Assembly (NCBI GenBank): GCA_049317845.1
Contig: JBMOHM010000001.1
Location: forward strand, 79,860 to 143,859
DNA from: Nodosilinea sp.
GTDB lineage: Bacteria; Cyanobacteriota; Cyanobacteriia; Phormidesmidales; Phormidesmidaceae
Direction: 5' to 3'
Length of the DNA: 64,000 bases
The number at the start of each line of letters is the position of its first letter. Positions within the stretch are counted from its first letter, which is position 1. A program made the position numbers and the translations under genes. The notes beneath the pieces are model-generated. The model was not told the origin of the DNA. It was given only the letters and a program-made list of their open reading frames with translations, and did no database searches. Shown one piece after another: positions 60,002 through 64,000 of this stretch.

Positions 60002-60787
60002 ATGCACAATGGTCAGAGTCTTTCCCAGCCGAGCCCTGGCCTGGCGATCGCCACCATGGGGGCAATCATCGCCACTCTGGTGGTTAATACCCTATCTAAT
60101 ATCTATCCACCCGGCGGGCAAAACGTCGGTCAAATTGCTAATACGACCCTGGCGGGCGTACTCATTACCCCTGCCAATTACGCCTTCGCCATTTGGGGCC
60201 TGATCTATCTGGGACTCATTGCTTACGGTATTTACCAGATCCAGCCGTCACGGCAACGGCAACGGCGTTTGCAACAGGTCAACAAGCTTTTAATTTTGGC
60301 CTGTATAGCCCAGGTAATCTGGATATTTCTCTTTACCCTGCGCCAGTTTGGTTGGTCGGTTCTGGCTATCGTGACTATTTTGCTGTGTCTGATCGGTGTT
60401 TACCTGACCTTGAAAACGTCCCAGCTACAACCCCTGCGGCGAGAACGCTGGATGTGTCAGATTCCCTTCAGTATTTATCTAGCCTGGATTAGCTTGGCCA
60501 CCATTGTCAACGTAGCCTCAGCCCTCTACGCCTCTGGTTGGAAGGGCTGGGGTCTATCGCCCGTAGCCTGGACCCTGGTGATGGTGATCGTGGCTACCCT
60601 GGTGGCGGCCCTAGTCATCTGGCAACGGCAGGATGTCGCCTTTACCCTGGTATTTATGTGGGCCTTTGTGGCCATTGCACTACGCCAGAGTAGTAGTACC
60701 CCAGCCATTGCGATCGCCGCCGGATTAGCCACCCTAGCCTTGTTGTTAGGGTTAATTGTAGTTAAAACCCGCCGACTTTCTGCCTAG
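60002..60787 (+). CDS. TspO/MBR-like tryptophan-rich membrane protein
   Basis: TPANYAFAIWGLIY, PFSIYLAWISLATIVN, FMWAFVAI; about 8 hydrophobic helices; start 59987 or 60002. Confidence 0.8.
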   Translation: MHNGQSLSQPSPGLAIATMGAIIATLVVNTLSNIYPPGGQNVGQIANTTLAGVLITPANYAFAIWGLIYLGLIAYGIYQIQPSRQRQRRLQQVNKLLILACIAQVIWIFLFTLRQFGWSVLAIVTILLCLIGVYLTLKTSQLQPLRRERWMCQIPFSIYLAWISLATIVNVASALYASGWKGWGLSPVAWTLVMVIVATLVAALVIWQRQDVAFTLVFMWAFVAIALRQSSSTPAIAIAAGLATLALLLGLIVVKTRRLSA

Positions 60788-60996
60788 GAATTATCCTCAG
60801 TTAAAGTTAGATTTGCTAACATATAGGTGAGGATGTAGAGCATCCCCCACCACAGGAAGAGTGGAAAGCCCCAAGGGGCAAAACCAAACGAGGATCTAGC
60901 AAGAGGCGGCTGTGGGCGGGGCCAGGCAGTATCTCCATACTCATAGGTCCACTTTTGTAAGGTTCAGGGAGAAGAACCATTGATTAACTTAATAGA

Positions 60997-61048
60997 GAGC
61001 AAATGGTGGGCTCTGTCTAGAAATGACAGAGCCCATCATTTTTTGCTC
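60997..61048. terminator. bidirectional intrinsic terminator
   Basis: ATGGTGGGCTCTGTC-TAGAAAT-GACAGAGCCCATCAT followed by TTTTT, between convergent genes. Confidence 0.75.
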
Positions 61049-61054
61049 TTGGGT

Positions 61055-62389
61055 TTATCCTTGAGTACCTGTTTCCCAGTAGCCTGGTTTTCTATCTGAT
61101 CTGCCCAAGGTCCAATTATAAATTTCCACCATTTTCTGACTACGAGCCTGCCAGGAATAGTATTTGAAGACATGATCGTGGGCCGCCTTGCCTAGGCGAA
61201 CCACTTCCTCCGGATGGGTAACTAAATGTTCAAGGGTAGTTTGATACTCATGGATAAGATGGGGAACATCACCCATGGCAACTTTCACGCCTCGATCGGC
61301 ATCGATAAAAGTACCTGGACCACCGTAGTCCACAACCACACAGGTCAGGCCCACAGCCATGGCTTCCAAAATCACGTTACCCCCTAACTCTCGAATCGAG
61401 GGAAAGGCAAAAATATCTGCCTGCTGCATAACCCGAGCAAAGTCAGCATAGGGAACCGATCTCAGAAGTTCTACACAATTTTCCAGCCCATGGTCTTGAA
61501 CAATTTGCTCTAATCTAGACCGTTCTGGCCCGTCGCCAATGATGACTAAACGATGCTGTTGTAAAAGAGGGCTATTGGCAAAAGCCTGCAGCACAACCAC
61601 CGACTGCTTGTAGGGAACCAGTCGGCCGGCAAATAGAATTGTCATGGGATCGCCTGGCTGGCGATCGACCATCGGGAATAAATCTGGATCGTATCCGGTA
61701 TCGGGAAAGTTTAAAGCTTTGCTTTGACTGCCGACCGGCAAATCACGAATGGTATGGGCGTGGGCTGCCAAAATAGTTTGAGGATTTTTATAGGTAGAAC
61801 GGTAGTAGGGAAACAGCCGATAAGCTTCTCGCAGGTAGGTCAGTATTTCCCGCTCTCGTCTTAATTCTTGGGTAAAGTACCGGGGCCAGGGTAAACCCCC
61901 ATTCAGGGGACCCAGCACAAAGGGAACCGGGCATTTACTAGCCATATAACTGGGTATGGTTGGAGTCATCGGCGTAAGGCGATGCACCAAATCAAACTGA
62001 CCATTGCGCAAATCAGCTTTAAACCGATTCCACACCGCCCGCTCGAAGGCAATATGGCTGGGATAGTCGATCAGCATTTGCAGCGTCCAGCCAATATCTT
62101 TGCCTCCCCGCAGAAACCGCCCCAACTTGGTCATGGGGGCAGCAATATTTTCGGTATCAAAGTAAAGAACCTCGGCATGACCCAATCCTTGCTGTTCAAT
62201 CGCAGATCGATTACGGATTTGGGTCGCCACCACCAATTCCACCCGCTCTGATATCTCCCGAGCCAGGCGATAGGCCAACAGGGGCAAAGAAGGCCAACTT
62301 GGATTACAGATCTCAGCCAGCATCAGAACCCGCAAAGGCTTGTTTGAAGGTTCCGCGACTTTTGAGGCTGCAAGAGTATTCATATTCAT
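61055..62389 (-). CDS. glycosyltransferase family 4
   Basis: LFAGRLVPYK, AFPSIRELGGNVILEAMA (EX7E), DYGGP. Confidence 0.92.
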   Translation of the reverse strand: MNMNTLAASKVAEPSNKPLRVLMLAEICNPSWPSLPLLAYRLAREISERVELVVATQIRNRSAIEQQGLGHAEVLYFDTENIAAPMTKLGRFLRGGKDIGWTLQMLIDYPSHIAFERAVWNRFKADLRNGQFDLVHRLTPMTPTIPSYMASKCPVPFVLGPLNGGLPWPRYFTQELRREREILTYLREAYRLFPYYRSTYKNPQTILAAHAHTIRDLPVGSQSKALNFPDTGYDPDLFPMVDRQPGDPMTILFAGRLVPYKQSVVVLQAFANSPLLQQHRLVIIGDGPERSRLEQIVQDHGLENCVELLRSVPYADFARVMQQADIFAFPSIRELGGNVILEAMAVGLTCVVVDYGGPGTFIDADRGVKVAMGDVPHLIHEYQTTLEHLVTHPEEVVRLGKAAHDHVFKYYSWQARSQKMVEIYNWTLGRSDRKPGYWETGTQG

Positions 62390-62480
62390 AACTTTAGAAA
62401 TTTTAAAACTAGTATCTATCTATGGGCAGTCACCCTATTAGGGTATACCCAGGGCCTAACTAAATTCCGAAACAGAGGTT

Positions 62481-62531
62481 ATAGCCATAGCCAGATTCAA
62501 CGGAACGGAGGTGAGCTAGAACGCCTACTCA
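62481..62531 (+). repeat. dispersed repeat family A, copy
   Basis: ATAGCCATAGCCAGATTCAACGGAACGGAGGTGAGCTAGAACGCCTACTCA. Confidence 0.7.
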
Positions 62532-62842
62532 GGTTTCGCCCTCAGCATTCCATAGGATCCCAAGGGTTATGGCCAACGCTGTAATACAAGTCATTATTCA
62601 CGAATATATCTAAGAATATTTTTATATTATTTCCATACCGTATAAATTTACCCTAAGGATTTCAATGGCCCATGGCTTAAACTGGAGTTTACTGATTGCA
62701 CTAATCTCTGCCGAACTGCCTGGAACAGTCAAGGGATGGTTATCCCCATAACCAGGCATTGGCGGAGAAAGCTCTGTCCGGGGCTAGTTATGGGCCATGG
62801 GCGAAACAGTAGCGCTACTGACTCTGAACAGGTGAGGGTTCC

Positions 62843-63530
62843 TATGCCCGTGAAATGGTCATCTATTTGTACTAAGTTTCCGGTCAAACTCCTCTGTCGT
62901 CGAGAACGTTGGGTGCTAACGGCCCAGGGGTGGCTGGCTTGCCTGACCTGTTTGGGTCTCCTAATCGCCCATACTCTACTGCAAGTCTATCCCTTTCTCG
63001 CTATCAGCCAACCTGTGCCCGCTGCTATTCTGGTGGTCGAGGGGTGGTCCTCCGATCGCTCCCTAGAGGCAGCCCTAACGGAGTTTAGGCAGCACCCCTA
63101 TGAATACCTGGTGACAACGGGCGGTCCGATTAAGCTGGGGGGATACCTGGTGAACTATAGGAGCTTTGCAGATTTAGCCGCCGCTACCCTGATCAAACTG
63201 GGCATGAACCAAAGTCAATTAATTGTCCTGCCGGCCCCCGATACTATTAGAGACCGCACCTACACCTCGGCCTTAGTCCTGGGTGAATGGTTAAAACAGG
63301 CCCATTTATCGGGCCGGGGGATTAATCTATTTACCGTTGGTCCCCATGCTCGACGCAGTTGGCTACTATTTCGTAAGGCCCTTGCTCCCGAGTCGATTGG
63401 GATTCTGGCCAACTCTGACGATCTAGACTACGATTCCCGCTATTGGTGGACCTCTAGTAGTGGTTTTCGCAGTATCTTTTCAGAGTTACTGGCCTATTTC
63501 TACGCCCTGGTATTTACCCTGATACGGTGA
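62843..63530 (+). CDS. YdcF/DUF218 (SanA/ElyC-like) protein
   Basis: TM helix, ILVVEGW, VTTGGP, DRTYTSA, HARRSWL, SELLAYFY; start uncertain (ORF track 62736). Confidence 0.82.
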
Positions 63531-63639
63531 GGGATTTTACCTATGCCATAGCCACCCTGGTCAACCATCCCTTCAGGATTGAGGCCGCTACAGCGAGCTT
63601 AAATTATCAAATTATCCAACTCTGGTCAGCCCTATCCCC

Positions 63640-64000
63640 ATGACCCATTCTCTCTACATCAGTACTACTGAGGCTGGTAGTGGTAAAGCTCTAGTTTCCC
63701 TGGGCATTATTGAGCTGATTTTGCGCCGTACACCCCGAGTGCATTTCTTTCGGCCGCTGATTCAATCCCCCGAGTCAAGGCTAGGGCTGGATGATGAGTT
63801 GGCTTTGGACGAAGATATCCATTTGATGGTGAGGTACTTCAAGCTAAAACAGACCTACGAGGAGTCCTACGGCTTGCTTTTGGGGGAAGCCAATGATCTG
63901 ATCTCTCAGCATCGGGTAGGTGAGGCCCTGGATACCATTATTGGTAAGTTCAAAACCCTTGAGAGCCGGGGTGATTTTGTACTGTGCGAAGGGTCAGACT
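63640..64000 (+). CDS. pta: phosphate acetyltransferase, N-terminal part (runs off window)
   Basis: Manual translation MTHSLYISTTEAGSGKALVSLGIIELILRRTPRVHFFRPLI...FVLCEGSD: BioD-like N-terminal domain of long-form Pta. Confidence 0.85.
   Translation, partial: MTHSLYISTTEAGSGKALVSLGIIELILRRTPRVHFFRPLIQSPESRLGLDDELALDEDIHLMVRYFKLKQTYEESYGLLLGEANDLISQHRVGEALDTIIGKFKTLESRGDFVLCEGSD

Noticed and set aside
60840-60930. Purine-rich stretch with possible stems (CCACAG/CTGTGG, GCCCC/GGGGC) as a riboswitch or ncRNA
   Set aside because: No match to families I can recognise, lies between convergent 3' ends, no supporting promoter; an Rfam scan would be needed

Overview
64-kb chromosomal window from a cyanobacterium. 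Evidence: very frequent HIP1 octamer GCGATCGC, petJ, ferredoxin-GOGAT, ftsH2, ycf46 and the cyanobacterial rpmH-rnpA-PH-yidC-jag-yceD-ycf46-SH3 cluster. It is mostly core or housekeeping DNA, with about 55 CDS. Two genes are missing from the ORF track (rpmH and a 54-aa ORF behind gltB), and both window edges cut a gene. I found no rRNA, tRNA, CRISPR array, prophage or intact transposon. Accessory signals are an AT-rich GT8 islet, a decayed IS4-type transposase remnant, an orphan isochorismate/salicylate-synthase-like gene and a modular family of short dispersed intergenic repeats. The best leads are: (i) two apparent pseudo-enzymes, a histidine-phosphatase paralog with RHG->RNA in tandem with an intact copy, and an RluA-family protein with HRLD->HRLG coupled to a P-type ATPase; (ii) the orphan MST enzyme; (iii) the REP/MITE-like repeat family; (iv) tandem NrdR-like boxes and a compact NrdJ. 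No complete novel multi-gene system can be demonstrated from sequence alone. All family assignments come from motif recognition, not database searches.
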